DNA of 64,000 nucleotides from positions 643,393-707,392 of the forward strand of contig CAWDGW010000014.1 of the NCBI GenBank assembly GCA_963801995.1. Direction: 5' to 3'. Origin of the DNA: an uncultured Holophagae bacterium (GTDB lineage Bacteria > Acidobacteriota > Thermoanaerobaculia > Thermoanaerobaculales > Sulfomarinibacteraceae). Positions 20,174-30,176 of the stretch are shown piece by piece. The notes under the pieces were generated by a model, which saw nothing but the letters and a program-made list of their open reading frames with translations, was not told where the DNA came from and did not search any database. Made by a program: the position numbers and the translations under genes. How positions within the stretch are numbered: the first letter of the stretch is position 1; every line of letters begins with the position of its first letter.

Positions 20174-21439
20174 ATGTTCGATACAAAAATCTCGCATATG
20201 CGGACATGGGCCTGGATCGTGTCCGCCCTGTCGTCCCGCCGAGCAACCGCCATAACCCTCGCGTTCATTCTGACGATGGGAGTCGCGGCTCCGAGCATCC
20301 ATGCTCAGGAGAATGAGGAGTCGGCGACCGGCGATAACACGGCCACCGAGGCCACCAAGCCCGAAACCAGCGGTGAAAAAGAAGAGGCCACGAAGAAAAA
20401 GAAGGGTCCGCCTTTCATCGCCATTCCCATCTTCATCACCGAACCGGCGGTGGGCTACGGTCTCGGCGGCGCCGTTGGCTACTTCCACAAGAAGAAGCAC
20501 CACACCGACTCGGGCGGAGGATCACCATCCCCGATCCTCACTGCCGACACCGCGCCGAAGGCCGGCAAACAGCAAAAGGTCCCGCCGACCATCACCGGAT
20601 TTGCCGCGGCCTACACCGAAAACGGGACATGGGGCCTCGGTGTTGCCCACACCGGATCATGGAAGAAGGACAGGATCCGTTACACGGGCGCCATCGGGTA
20701 CGCCCACGTGGTCTCCACCTTCTACTTCAACAACCAGCCAGTCGACTTCAAGCTCGACACCGGTCTGCTCTACCAGGACATCAAGTTCCGGATCAAATCC
20801 AGCGACATTTTTGTCGGCGGCAGGCTCGTCTACCTCGCTCCCGAACTCCTGTTCGATGAGGACACCAGCGGCTATCCCGTGGAGAGCGACGGGATCAAGC
20901 TCAACGATTTCGGCCTTGCGCTGCAGGCGGAGTACGACGGTCGTGACAACAAGATGACCCCGAATCGGGGCCAGTACGTCGAGTTCGTGGCGTGGAAGCA
21001 TCTCGAAGTGCTGGGTGGGGACACCGACTACTGGAAGATCAGTTTCATGGTGGATTCCTTCCACGAGATGATGAACAAGAAGCTCGTGCTCGGGCTCCAC
21101 CTCGATCTCGACACCGCCGGCGGCGATCCCCCGCTCTGGGGCTACCCCTACATCACCATGCGCGGGATCCCCGCTCTTCGGTATCAGAACGAGAGCACCG
21201 CGGTGGCCGAGACCGAGCTCCGGTGGAACCTCGCCTCGCGATGGGCGGCGGTCGGATTCATCGGTGTCGCCGCGACCCGGGGCGACGTGCCGGTGTTCGA
21301 GGACGAGAGTGGGATCGTCGCGGGCGGCGTCGGCGGGCGGTTTCTCTTTCGGCCCCAGGATAGCCTGTGGGTCGGTATCGATGTCGCCAAGGGACCGGAG
21401 GACTACGTCCTCTACATCGTGGCCGGCCACAAGTGGTGA
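20174..21439 (+). CDS. Omp85/BamA-type (bacterial surface antigen D15) beta-barrel protein without POTRA domains
   Basis: It has a signal peptide, a Lys/Glu-rich linker, and a C-terminal barrel with MRGIPALRYQ, AETELRWNL and GGVGGRFLF..VGIDVAKG. Confidence 0.6.
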   Translation: MFDTKISHMRTWAWIVSALSSRRATAITLAFILTMGVAAPSIHAQENEESATGDNTATEATKPETSGEKEEATKKKKGPPFIAIPIFITEPAVGYGLGGAVGYFHKKKHHTDSGGGSPSPILTADTAPKAGKQQKVPPTITGFAAAYTENGTWGLGVAHTGSWKKDRIRYTGAIGYAHVVSTFYFNNQPVDFKLDTGLLYQDIKFRIKSSDIFVGGRLVYLAPELLFDEDTSGYPVESDGIKLNDFGLALQAEYDGRDNKMTPNRGQYVEFVAWKHLEVLGGDTDYWKISFMVDSFHEMMNKKLVLGLHLDLDTAGGDPPLWGYPYITMRGIPALRYQNESTAVAETELRWNLASRWAAVGFIGVAATRGDVPVFEDESGIVAGGVGGRFLFRPQDSLWVGIDVAKGPEDYVLYIVAGHKW

Positions 21440-21506
21440 TTTCTTTGTTCGCAGGGTGTCGACGAGGCTGTGTGAAACGCAATTATCGAGCAAGAACCGA
21501 TTCTGT

Positions 21507-23205
21507 TCAGGGGCCACGGACAACGATATAGTGGTCGTTCCCGATCCACAGATCGCGAACAATGCGGGGCTGCCACGCGTCAGGGTCGTCACCGAAGATC
21601 CAGTCGGCTTCGTCCTGCTCGATGAGCACGATGGATCGGGGATAGACCTGGAAGAACCGCTCCACCTGGGAGGGGCTCTCCAACAGCTCCACCCGGGCGT
21701 CGGCGTAGAGGCCGAATGAACCCATCTTCCGGAAACCGTAGGCGCTCCGGTTGTAGACGAGCCCCATGTGGGTCTCGTCGCCCATCTGCTCCCGGATCCA
21801 GCGCCCCTGGACCTTGGTGGACTTGATGGGATTGGCCGCCGGCAGGACCCAGGCGAGCAACATCAGGTAGACGATGATGTGGGTCGCGCCGGTGCGCACC
21901 AGGGTGCCTCTGGCGTTTCGACGCCAAGCTGCCAACCCCACCCACAAACCGCCGACGGCCAGGGCTGCGCCCAACACCGTGACCGGGACTCTCAGGTCGC
22001 GAATCGCTCGGACCACGTCGGAGGATGGTTCAGTGGGATCCACGACAGCCAAGAGACCAGTACCGACCGCTGCCAAAACGCCTCCGATGACGACGAGCAG
22101 AATGGCCGTCAACCAGCCGTAGATGTGGACGGGACGGGGAGACGGGGTTTCTGCCGAGGATGTGGTGGAGCCGAGCATTGCCGCAATCCACAGTCCCAAC
22201 ACGAGGGCGACTACGGGATAGGCCGGCAGCATGTAGAGCTGTCGTTTGGTCGCCGCCAGGGAGAGAAATACGAAGAAGGCACCGAACCACCAAAGCAGGA
22301 GCTGAGTGTTTCGATCGCGCCAGAGCTTGGCGCGGTGGACCCACACCGCGGCAAAGGGGATCAGGAGAGACCACGGCGCGAGGTCTCCCCAGATGTTCAC
22401 CAGGTAGTAGTGGATCGGTTTGCCGTGGCCTCGATCCGCGCCGGCGAAACGGGCGAAGTTCTGGGCGTAGAGTTCGTAGAGGATGTTCTCAGAGCCCATG
22501 GCCCGGGCACAGGCGATGAACCACGGCAGGTAGACCGCCAGCGAAACCAACGCAAGAGGAGCCAGCTCCAACAAACGCCGCCACTCTTTTCTGGTAGCCG
22601 TGCCAAAGGGTCAGCACCAGACCCGGCAGCAGCACGCCGAGGGGGCCTTTGACGAGCATGGCGACGCCGAACAGGGCGAATCCGGCCACCCGAAGCAACC
22701 ACCGAGGGCGGTCGCCGGCACCGGCCGCATACAGCAGGAATCCCGCGGTCATGGCCAGGCCGAATTGCATGTCGGGTCGATAACCCACTGCCTGGAAGAC
22801 GAACTGCTGGATGGTCAGGAGGATGAAGCCGGCCCACAGACCGGTCTGAGGGTCGTACCACCGGGATCCGATCCAGCAAGTGAGGAGCACCAGTGCGACC
22901 GCCGAAAGAGCCGTGGGCAGGCGCAGGGCAAATTCGGTGAATCCCCCCAGCGCGTGGGCCGATACCAAACCGGTCCAGTAGATCATGGGAGGGTAATCGA
23001 CCCAGGGAACCCCGATGCGTTTGGGTGTCACCCAGTCACCGCTTTGGTACATGGTGAGGGCGGCTTCGGCGATGTCGGGCTCGTCGGCGTACCACATGTC
23101 GCGCAGGCCGTTGAACGGCACGAAGAGGGTCAGGCCGATGAGCCCCAGCAACAGCATCCTGTGGCGGATGGCCATTGACGTCATCGCCGAGGTGTTCGGA
23201 TTCAT
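21507..23205 (-). pseudogene. Second ArnT-like GT39/83 glycosyltransferase with one apparent frameshift
   Basis: ORFs 22489-23205 and 21507-22574 are contiguous parts of one membrane GT (DEPDIAEAALTM..VDYPPMIYW). Removing one A from CAGAAAAGAG (plus-strand T-run 22587-22590) joins ..LWHGYQKEWRRLLELAPLAL.. Confidence 0.7.
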
Positions 23206-23211
23206 GGCAGT

Positions 23212-24462
23212 TTATCCGGGAGCTTGGTGGTCGCCCGGAATCGCATCCAGCTCAGTGACCGCCCTCCGCACCCGGTCGGCGATCCAGTCGATTTGTTTGG
23301 AACTGAGCTCGGGGTATGCAGGCAGGTGAAGCACCTCTCGCTCTGCCCTGGCTGCGTTTGGGAACGAACCGCCGCCGTCGCCGATGTTGGTGCAATCTCG
23401 CATGTAGTGGTGTTTGGAGTCCACACCGAGCTCCAGCAGCCTGGTGGCCACTTCGTGCAACCTGGGCATGAGGGCGGTCACCAACATGTAGTTGGAGCGG
23501 ACATCCGGATCGTCGCTGCGTTGGAAGCGAACCACATCGTCAAGGTGGTGCATCAATCGCTCGGCGTTGGCGATCCGCGTTTCCACCTGGGGGCCCACAG
23601 TCTTCATCTGGTCCAATCCAAGGGCCGCCTGGTAGGGCGTGTAGCGTCCCATCCTGCCTTCCATGGTGGTTTCGTCGGGCTGGTAGCCCGAGGCGAACCG
23701 CTCAGAGTCCTCTTTCTTCGCAAGCACCCGGAGGGCCGGATAGACCCCCAGATTGAAGGTCAGAGGATTGGTCACGACGGCCTCAAAGGTGGTTTTCATG
23801 AGTCGTTTGCGGAGCCACGAACCGGACTTTGGATCCTGGGCCCTGGCCACCTCTCTCACCCGATCCGCCAGGGTCGGGTCCGAGACCGTGACCATGCCGC
23901 CGCCCATGGTGTTGACCGGCTTGGAGGTTTCGAAGCTGAAGTAGCCATAGGTGCCGAAGGAGCCGGCCGATTGGCCGGAAACCGAAGCGCCGTAGCAGTG
24001 GGCGCAGTCCTCGATCAGTACGGCCCCGTGGGCCTTGGCGATCTCGCGAATATCTCGGATCCGGCACGGCACCCCATAGAGATGGGTAGCGATCACCACA
24101 CTGGTGCGGTCCGAGATCATATCCTTCAGCGCCTCGGGGTCCATGCCCAGGGTGTCGAGCTCGCAGTCCGCGAATCGCACCGAGTAGCCGAGGGTGTGGG
24201 CGAGATATGGGACCACCGGGTAGGCGAAGGCCGAGCAGATCACCTCCGCTCCGGGCTCGAGGTCGAGGGCGTCGATGGTGAACCGAAGTCCGGCCCGTCC
24301 CGATGGAACAGCCACCGCGGCCGGAGCTCCGATGAACTCGGCAAAGGCGTGTTCGATTCGGTCGATGGCCTCGGGCCCACCCTTGTGGTCGTTGAATCCG
24401 GCGCCGATGGCACGCCTCCAGGCTCGCGGCGGAAGATGGATGCGTTGTCGGGCGATAGCCAT
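23212..24462 (-). CDS. DegT/DnrJ/EryC1/StrS family aminotransferase (ArnB-like sugar aminotransferase)
   Basis: 416 aa. The motifs VPSGRAGL, THLYGVP and FSFETSKPVNTMGGGMV (PLP-lysine context) support the call. It ends 6 nt upstream of the GT39 gene. Confidence 0.75.
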   Translation of the reverse strand: MAIARQRIHLPPRAWRRAIGAGFNDHKGGPEAIDRIEHAFAEFIGAPAAVAVPSGRAGLRFTIDALDLEPGAEVICSAFAYPVVPYLAHTLGYSVRFADCELDTLGMDPEALKDMISDRTSVVIATHLYGVPCRIRDIREIAKAHGAVLIEDCAHCYGASVSGQSAGSFGTYGYFSFETSKPVNTMGGGMVTVSDPTLADRVREVARAQDPKSGSWLRKRLMKTTFEAVVTNPLTFNLGVYPALRVLAKKEDSERFASGYQPDETTMEGRMGRYTPYQAALGLDQMKTVGPQVETRIANAERLMHHLDDVVRFQRSDDPDVRSNYMLVTALMPRLHEVATRLLELGVDSKHHYMRDCTNIGDGGGSFPNAARAEREVLHLPAYPELSSKQIDWIADRVRRAVTELDAIPGDHQAPG

Positions 24463-24525
24463 GGTCAGTCCTTTACGGGTGATCCGGTCGATCAGCGGCG
24501 ACCGGGACGGGGCATTATATATAGG

Positions 24526-24813
24526 GATTGAAAATTGAAAATCGAAGATTGAAGATTCCGCCCGCCCACCCAGGGGAGAAGGGGAGAAGGGGAGAAGGTG
24601 AGAAGGGGAGAGGTCCCCTGCCCACCCACAGGAAATGTGGAATGTGGAAACCTGGATCGGTGTGTGGCGTTGTTACCTGGACGTGCAGGGGACGTTGGAC
24701 TTTCGACTTTTGACTTTGGACTCGTTCGGACGCAGACACGGACGAGGGTGGGTGGGGGAACTGCTACCTGCCAACTGCTAACTGCCAACTGCTACCTGCC
24801 AACTGCCAACTGG
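24526..24813. repeat. Five concatenated short-tandem-repeat blocks filling a divergent intergenic region
   Basis: The blocks are: 24526-24557 (GATTGAA-type, H1 reverse); 24573-24613 (GGGGAGAA x5, flanked by GCCCACCCA direct repeats); 24631-24656 (GGAAATGT/GGAATGT); 24697-24723 (GGACTTT-type); 24761-24813 (CTGCYAM x7, H3). Confidence 0.95.
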
Positions 24814-24866
24814 TTGGGGCGTGCCGAATTGACTCTCGACCGCCGCGACCCGTAAGATCGGACGCC

Positions 24867-25955
24867 GTGACCGAACCGGATTTCTCCCCGACCGTCGCAT
24901 CCGACGAAAGCCAAAGCCTCGGCGACATGTCGTCAGCCGGTGACGCGGAAGCTCAATCGCCAAACCTCGAGGGCGAGATCCAGCCGGAACCCGTGTCCGG
25001 GTGGCAGCGGTGGGCGCGGTGGGTCGGGTTCGCGATTCTGGTGGTGGTCTCGGCCCACGGGATCCGCCAGTTCGTCAACGGAGATGCGACGGCGGTGACG
25101 GCCTACTGGAGCCAGCGCTACACCATCCTTCCCATGGTGTTGATCTTCGCCATGACCGACGTGGCCGTGGAAATGATTGCCTGGATGTGGGTTTACACCC
25201 GGTTCGGGATGAAAGCCATCGACCGTGTGGGGTTGGCGGTGGGGCTGTCCGGCAAGGCCGGGCTGCTGCTTCCCGCCCAGCTCGGCCGGCTGGTCCGCCC
25301 GGACGAAATGGTGCGGCTGGGCCGGGGCACCCTGCCCCAGTGCCTCAAGGCCGAGGCAGTGGTCTTCGTCCTCGATTCCATTTCGGTGCTGGCTTTGTTC
25401 GCGTTCCTGGTGGCTTATCGGGTCCACGGGCTGTTGGCGCCGCTGGCGGGGGGCGCAGTCATCGGAACAGCGCTTCTGATGGGTAACTGGCTGTTGAAGT
25501 TGCTGTCGGGAACCAAGCTCGAATTGCCGAGGGGGTTCTGGTGGAGCTGGGTCACCTTCCTGATCGTGGTCGTCCAGTCCACCGGTTGGATCGCCCACGG
25601 TCTCGCCTTCTTCATGCTGGCCTCCGATCTGCCGGGAAACGTCGGCTTATGGGACGCGCTCTTCCTGGCGCCCGGCTCGGCGGTGCTCGGACTGGGCAGC
25701 GGCGTGCCCGGCGGAATCGGTGCCACAGAGGCCCTTCTTGGCGCGTCCATGGGGTTCAAAGGGGTTCCCCAGGAACACCTGGCCATGGGGGTCGCGGCCT
25801 TCCGGATCGTGACCTTCTGGTTGCTGCTGCCCCTCGGTTGGCTGGCCCTGGCCTACGTCGGCCGTCAGGTTCGAAAACAGCGCGCCGACGCCCTCCATGC
25901 CGAGACATCGACCCCCGAATCCCGAACTCCGAACCCCGAGGAAAGCGCCCGATGA
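24867..25955 (+). CDS. Flippase-like / lysylphosphatidylglycerol-synthase-TM-region (UPF0104) family membrane protein
   Basis: 362-aa polytopic protein. The C-terminal motif GSGVPGGIGATEALL is typical of the family. GTG start, uncertain. Confidence 0.5.
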   Translation: MTEPDFSPTVASDESQSLGDMSSAGDAEAQSPNLEGEIQPEPVSGWQRWARWVGFAILVVVSAHGIRQFVNGDATAVTAYWSQRYTILPMVLIFAMTDVAVEMIAWMWVYTRFGMKAIDRVGLAVGLSGKAGLLLPAQLGRLVRPDEMVRLGRGTLPQCLKAEAVVFVLDSISVLALFAFLVAYRVHGLLAPLAGGAVIGTALLMGNWLLKLLSGTKLELPRGFWWSWVTFLIVVVQSTGWIAHGLAFFMLASDLPGNVGLWDALFLAPGSAVLGLGSGVPGGIGATEALLGASMGFKGVPQEHLAMGVAAFRIVTFWLLLPLGWLALAYVGRQVRKQRADALHAETSTPESRTPNPEESAR

Positions 25956-27106
25956 ACAACGATCGAGAGAGCACCCGCTATCCCATAGCGGCGATTCGAG
26001 AACGGGTTCGACGTCACGGCGGACCGGTGTTGGATTTTGCGGTGGGCAGACACCGTGAGGAACCGCCGGCGGCCCTCGGTGAACTGTTCGCGCATCAGGG
26101 TGACCGAGCGCTCCTGACTCCGTGCAGCGCCGACGAGTTGGAGTCGTTTTCCAGTGCCGCAGCGGCCATGCTCAACCGGGTGTATGGACTGGACGTCGCG
26201 TCCACGTCGGTTATGGCCGTGCCGGGTGGACGGACCGCCATGAGTTTCTTGGCTTCAACCCTGATCCGACCCGGCGACGATGTCGTGGTGGTCGAGCCGG
26301 CCTATCCGGCGTTTGCCCGAGTCGCCCGTCAGATCCACGCCAGGGTCCACGACGTGCCGCTTGATTCTCGCCGGGATTTCGAACCCGATCCCAACGCTCT
26401 GAGTGCGGAGGAGCGCGAACAGATTTCATTCGTGGCTCTGAACTACCCCAACAACCCTACCGGTGCGGTGATCCCCTCGGCGGCGCTTGCCGAATTCCTC
26501 GAGTATTTCGAACCCGGGACCATCGTGTTCAACGACGCCACCTATGGGCCGCTGGTCTTCGACCGGCCACCCTGGTCCATGCTCGCCGAAGCTGGCGCGA
26601 TGGACGGCAGCCTGCGATTCGTGGAGCTTCACTCTCTGGCCAAGCTCTTTGCTCTGGGTCCACTGGCGGTGTCGTTTCTGGTGGGCGAAGAGCGGATCAT
26701 GGCTGAACTTCGGGAGTACTCGGAATATGCCTGGTCCGACCAAAGCTCGCTCCATATTCAGGTCGCCCTCCAGTGCTTGGGCGACGGCGACCGATTCGAG
26801 CACGTTCGCCAGGTGTATTCGCAGCGGTTGGATCGGCTGCGCACGACTCTGACAGGGCTGGGGTTCGAGCCGTTTCCCGCGGCATCGGGTATGTACATCG
26901 TATGTCGCACTCCGTTGGCCATCGGAGGGAAGCCGGTTGCCGATGCCGGCGAGGCGGCCGAGTTGCTGTTGAAGGACCACGGTGTTGCCATCGTGCCGTG
27001 GGAAGTCCGCCCCACCAGCTATCTTCGCTTTTCCTCGCAATACAGCGAAGACGATCTCGCCGCCCTCCAAGCGTTGGGGCAGCGCGGACCGATTGCTGCC
27101 TATTAG
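25952..27106 (+). CDS. PLP-dependent aminotransferase, class I/II
   Basis: ATGA-type overlap with the previous gene. Motifs include NYPNNPTG and HSLAKLFAL (Lys) plus a C-terminal RFS. 384 aa. Confidence 0.6.
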   Translation: MNNDRESTRYPIAAIRERVRRHGGPVLDFAVGRHREEPPAALGELFAHQGDRALLTPCSADELESFSSAAAAMLNRVYGLDVASTSVMAVPGGRTAMSFLASTLIRPGDDVVVVEPAYPAFARVARQIHARVHDVPLDSRRDFEPDPNALSAEEREQISFVALNYPNNPTGAVIPSAALAEFLEYFEPGTIVFNDATYGPLVFDRPPWSMLAEAGAMDGSLRFVELHSLAKLFALGPLAVSFLVGEERIMAELREYSEYAWSDQSSLHIQVALQCLGDGDRFEHVRQVYSQRLDRLRTTLTGLGFEPFPAASGMYIVCRTPLAIGGKPVADAGEAAELLLKDHGVAIVPWEVRPTSYLRFSSQYSEDDLAALQALGQRGPIAAY

Positions 27107-27143
27107 GTGCGGGTTTGCGAAAACACCTGGATGACGCCGGCCG

Positions 27144-27175
27144 CGCAATTCACATCGCGCCGCTCGTGAATTGCG
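27144..27175. terminator. Stem-loop in a convergent intergenic region
   Basis: CGCAATTCAC-N12-GTGAATTGCG forms a 10-bp stem. There is no clear U-tract. Confidence 0.3.
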
Positions 27176-27228
27176 ATAATCAGGACATATTTACTGAATA
27201 GGAAAGTCTGGGTGTTGTGTTCTGAATA

Positions 27229-27253
27229 TCTCAATTCTCGCAGCGAATTGAGA
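27229..27253. terminator. Stem-loop in a convergent intergenic region
   Basis: TCTCAATTC-TCGCAGC-GAATTGAGA forms a 9-bp stem. It lies between gene ends at 27106 (+) and 27283 (-). Confidence 0.3.
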
Positions 27254-27282
27254 GGCTAGCGAGATTCTCCTTGCACCGAAAT

Positions 27283-28500
27283 CTAGGTTGGCGTGGATCG
27301 CCGTGCCTCGTACACTCGGCAGACAGTTGCAAACACTTCGTCAACGCTGATTCGTTCCATGCAGATGTTTCGGGTACAGGCCGACTGCCGGTCGTTGAAG
27401 GCGTTGACGCACGGGCTGCACACCAGATTGGCCCACAGCAGGTGGCTGCGGGGGGTCCGGGCGCCAAAGACGGCCGGTGTTTCGGGGCCGAAGAGGGTGA
27501 CCACGTCGATCGATGTCAGGGTTGCGTAGTGGGCGGGTCCGCTGTCGTTGGTGACCATCAATTCGGACAAGCCATAGAGCACCATGAGCTGGCGAAGGGT
27601 GGTGCGACCGGCGAAGCTGCGACATCGGTGGGATGCGATCTCGGCCGCCAGGGCTTCGGCTTCAGGGGCTTCCCCGGGAGCCCCGGTGAGGACGATGCGC
27701 ACCTCGGGGTAGCGGTCGAGGATTTTTCGGGCCAGGTCCACGTAACGATCGTTGGACCAGCGTCGCAGCGGCAGCAAATCGCCGCAGTTGGCGTTGAGCA
27801 GGATCACCGGTGGTGGTTGATCCACCGCAAAGGCATGGCAGAGCATCCCGCTGACCTCGGCTTTTTCGTCGGGAGCGGGGTCGAGACGGGGAAGGGGAAG
27901 GTCCTCGGGCGGTGTCAGGTCACAGGCTGGAAAAACGGCCGCCGGGTGACGGAGTGCGTCCACCAGGACCTGGAACATTTCGCTGGCGTGGAGGAACGGA
28001 TTGAGCGACAGCCGGTGGGTCATCAGGTCGCCCCGATAGGAGGCTTCCCCGAAAGAGGCGTGGTATCCGGAACGCGCACGAGCTCCGCTGAGGTAGGAGA
28101 GGATTGCCGACGATCGGGCAAAGAACTCGAAATCCACGGTGGCGTCGATATGCTCGCGGCGCATCCGGAAGACCGCGCGCAGGGTGTCGAGGACGAGCCG
28201 CACCAGCCCGTCGGTACGGATTGAGATGACGTTTTTCGACGGCACCACGTCGAGCAGGTCCAGGATGAAGCGGTTCTCCGAGAACACGACGAAGAAGAGG
28301 TTGTTTTCGCCCACCATTTCGCGTGCCCGAACCAGAGCTGAGTAGGCGATCACCGTGGCGCCCTGCTCGGCGAGTTTGATCACGGCGATCTTTTTTGGAT
28401 GCTCTGAAGGGGTGCGGCGGAGCAGCAGATCGTCGAGCCTTCGGACCAGGGTGAGCAGCGCGCACACCGGCGCACCGACCCAGCCATCGACCCGGCGCAT
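27283..28500 (-). CDS. Glycosyltransferase family 9 (ADP-heptose:LPS heptosyltransferase-like)
   Basis: It starts at MRRVDGWVG.. The motifs KIAVIKLAEQGATV and a C-terminal LMVTNDSGPAHYA..VVTLFGPE are typical of GT9. The upstream part of ORF 27283-29265 overlaps hldD antisense, so I rejected it. Confidence 0.75.
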   Translation of the reverse strand: MRRVDGWVGAPVCALLTLVRRLDDLLLRRTPSEHPKKIAVIKLAEQGATVIAYSALVRAREMVGENNLFFVVFSENRFILDLLDVVPSKNVISIRTDGLVRLVLDTLRAVFRMRREHIDATVDFEFFARSSAILSYLSGARARSGYHASFGEASYRGDLMTHRLSLNPFLHASEMFQVLVDALRHPAAVFPACDLTPPEDLPLPRLDPAPDEKAEVSGMLCHAFAVDQPPPVILLNANCGDLLPLRRWSNDRYVDLARKILDRYPEVRIVLTGAPGEAPEAEALAAEIASHRCRSFAGRTTLRQLMVLYGLSELMVTNDSGPAHYATLTSIDVVTLFGPETPAVFGARTPRSHLLWANLVCSPCVNAFNDRQSACTRNICMERISVDEVFATVCRVYEARRSTPT

Positions 28501-28623
28501 TGTGGTCACCTTCAACGCGATCACGCCTCCCGCCGGCGGCAAATTTATCACGGCGTTCGATTCAATTCTCACGCGCCGCTGCACTAGAATGCGGGTGAGC
28601 CCAAAGGGAGGGAACCCGAAATC

Positions 28624-29619
28624 GTGACGACGAAAACCTACTTGGTGACTGGGGGCGCGGGCTTCATCGGCTCCAACATCGTGGCGGCCCTCTGCGAAAG
28701 GGGCGACTCGGTGGCGGTGTGCGACCGCCTGCGTCAGGGGGAGAAGTGGCGCAACCTGGCCAAGCGAGAGCTCGAGGACATTGTGGCCCCGGAGATGCTG
28801 CTTTCCTGGCTCGGGGACCACGGCGAGGTGCTCGACGGCGTGGTCCACATGGGGGCGATCTCCTCCACCACCGAGACCGACGCTGATCTCATCGTCGAGG
28901 TCAATTTCAGGCTCTCGCTGGATCTTTGGCGGTGGTGCTCCTCCACAGGCACCCCCTTCATCTACGCGTCGTCGGCCGCCACCTATGGCGACGGCGCCCA
29001 GGGCTTCGACGACGACTGTTCGTTGGAGGCGCTGGCTCGGCTCAGGCCGCTCAACGCCTATGGCTGGAGCAAGAACCTCTTCGACCGGCGGGTGATCGGG
29101 TCCATCGAGCGGGGGGGTCCTGCGCCGCCGCAGTGGGTCGGCCTCAAGTTCTTCAACGTTTACGGTCCCAACGAGTATCACAAGGGGACCATGAGAAGCG
29201 TGGTTGCCCAGAAATACCCCCTGGCCGCGGAAGGCCGGCCGGTGACTCTCTTCCGTTCCCACCACCCCGACTACCCCGACGGTGGGCAGCGGCGGGACTT
29301 CGTGTTCGTCGACGATTGCGCGGACGTGGTTTTGTGGCTGCTGGATCGACCCGAGGTGAGCGGGATCTTCAACCTCGGGACCGGCGAGTCGCGGACCTTC
29401 GAGGATCTGGCGAGGGCGGTGTGCGCCGCGGCGGGCTCCGATTCAAAGATCGAGTTCATCGAAATGCCGGCCGCCATCCGGGACCGGTACCAGTACTTCA
29501 CCCAGGCCCGCATGGACCGGCTTCGGGAGGCCGGTTACGATCGGCCGTTCACCTCGCTGGAAGAGGGTGTTCGCGCCTACGTGCAGGGATTCCTTGCCCA
29601 GCCCGACCCCTTCCGCTAG
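28624..29619 (+). CDS. hldD: ADP-L-glycero-D-manno-heptose 6-epimerase
   Basis: 331 aa. Motifs include LVTGGAGFIGSN, ASSAATYG, NAYGWSK and FFNVYGPNEYHKG. Confidence 0.85.
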   Translation: MTTKTYLVTGGAGFIGSNIVAALCERGDSVAVCDRLRQGEKWRNLAKRELEDIVAPEMLLSWLGDHGEVLDGVVHMGAISSTTETDADLIVEVNFRLSLDLWRWCSSTGTPFIYASSAATYGDGAQGFDDDCSLEALARLRPLNAYGWSKNLFDRRVIGSIERGGPAPPQWVGLKFFNVYGPNEYHKGTMRSVVAQKYPLAAEGRPVTLFRSHHPDYPDGGQRRDFVFVDDCADVVLWLLDRPEVSGIFNLGTGESRTFEDLARAVCAAAGSDSKIEFIEMPAAIRDRYQYFTQARMDRLREAGYDRPFTSLEEGVRAYVQGFLAQPDPFR

Positions 29620-29627
29620 GAGACTGT

Positions 29628-30176
29628 GTGTCGATCCGCCATGTGATTCTGGACCGTGACGGCGTGCTCAACCGCGAGGCGCCCGACGGCGGCTGGGTGA
29701 CCCGCCCCGAGGACTGGGCCTGGGAGCCGGGCGCCCTGGACGGCCTGCGCCGTCTCGCGGAGGCCGGAATCCTGATCACCGTGGCCACCAACCAGTCGGG
29801 AGTGGGCCGTGGCGTCATGGACATGGAGGCGGTCGATCGGGTCAACGACGTCATGCTCTCGGAGGCGGAAATCGCCGGTGCGCCCATCGCCGCTGTCTTC
29901 GTGTGTTCTCACGCCCCGGGCGAGGGCTGCCCATGCCGGAAGCCGGAGCCGGGATTGATCGAAGATGCGGTGCTGTTCTCCGGAGTGCCACTGGCCGAGA
30001 CGGTGGCTGTGGGAGACGCGTCGCGGGACCTCGAGGCAGCTCGAAACGCCGGGGTGCGGGCGATCCTGGTGCGCACGGGCAAGGGCCGGGACACCGAGGA
30101 TCGGATGGGAGACGGGGGTGTTGCGGTGTACGATGACCTGCGGTGCGCCGCCGAGGCCATCGTGGCGGAGGCATGA
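29628..30176 (+). CDS. gmhB: D-glycero-D-manno-heptose 1,7-bisphosphate phosphatase
   Basis: GTG start 6 nt after RBS AGGAG. It has the HAD motifs ILDRDGVLN, TNQSGVGRG, CxCRKPxPG and VGDASRD. Confidence 0.8.
   Translation: MSIRHVILDRDGVLNREAPDGGWVTRPEDWAWEPGALDGLRRLAEAGILITVATNQSGVGRGVMDMEAVDRVNDVMLSEAEIAGAPIAAVFVCSHAPGEGCPCRKPEPGLIEDAVLFSGVPLAETVAVGDASRDLEAARNAGVRAILVRTGKGRDTEDRMGDGGVAVYDDLRCAAEAIVAEA

Noticed and set aside
28501-29265. The N-terminal 255 codons of ORF 27283-29265, which would make the GT9 protein 660 aa.
   Set aside because: This part is antisense to the well-supported hldD gene and has shadow-ORF composition. GT9 homology begins at MRRVDGWVG (28500).
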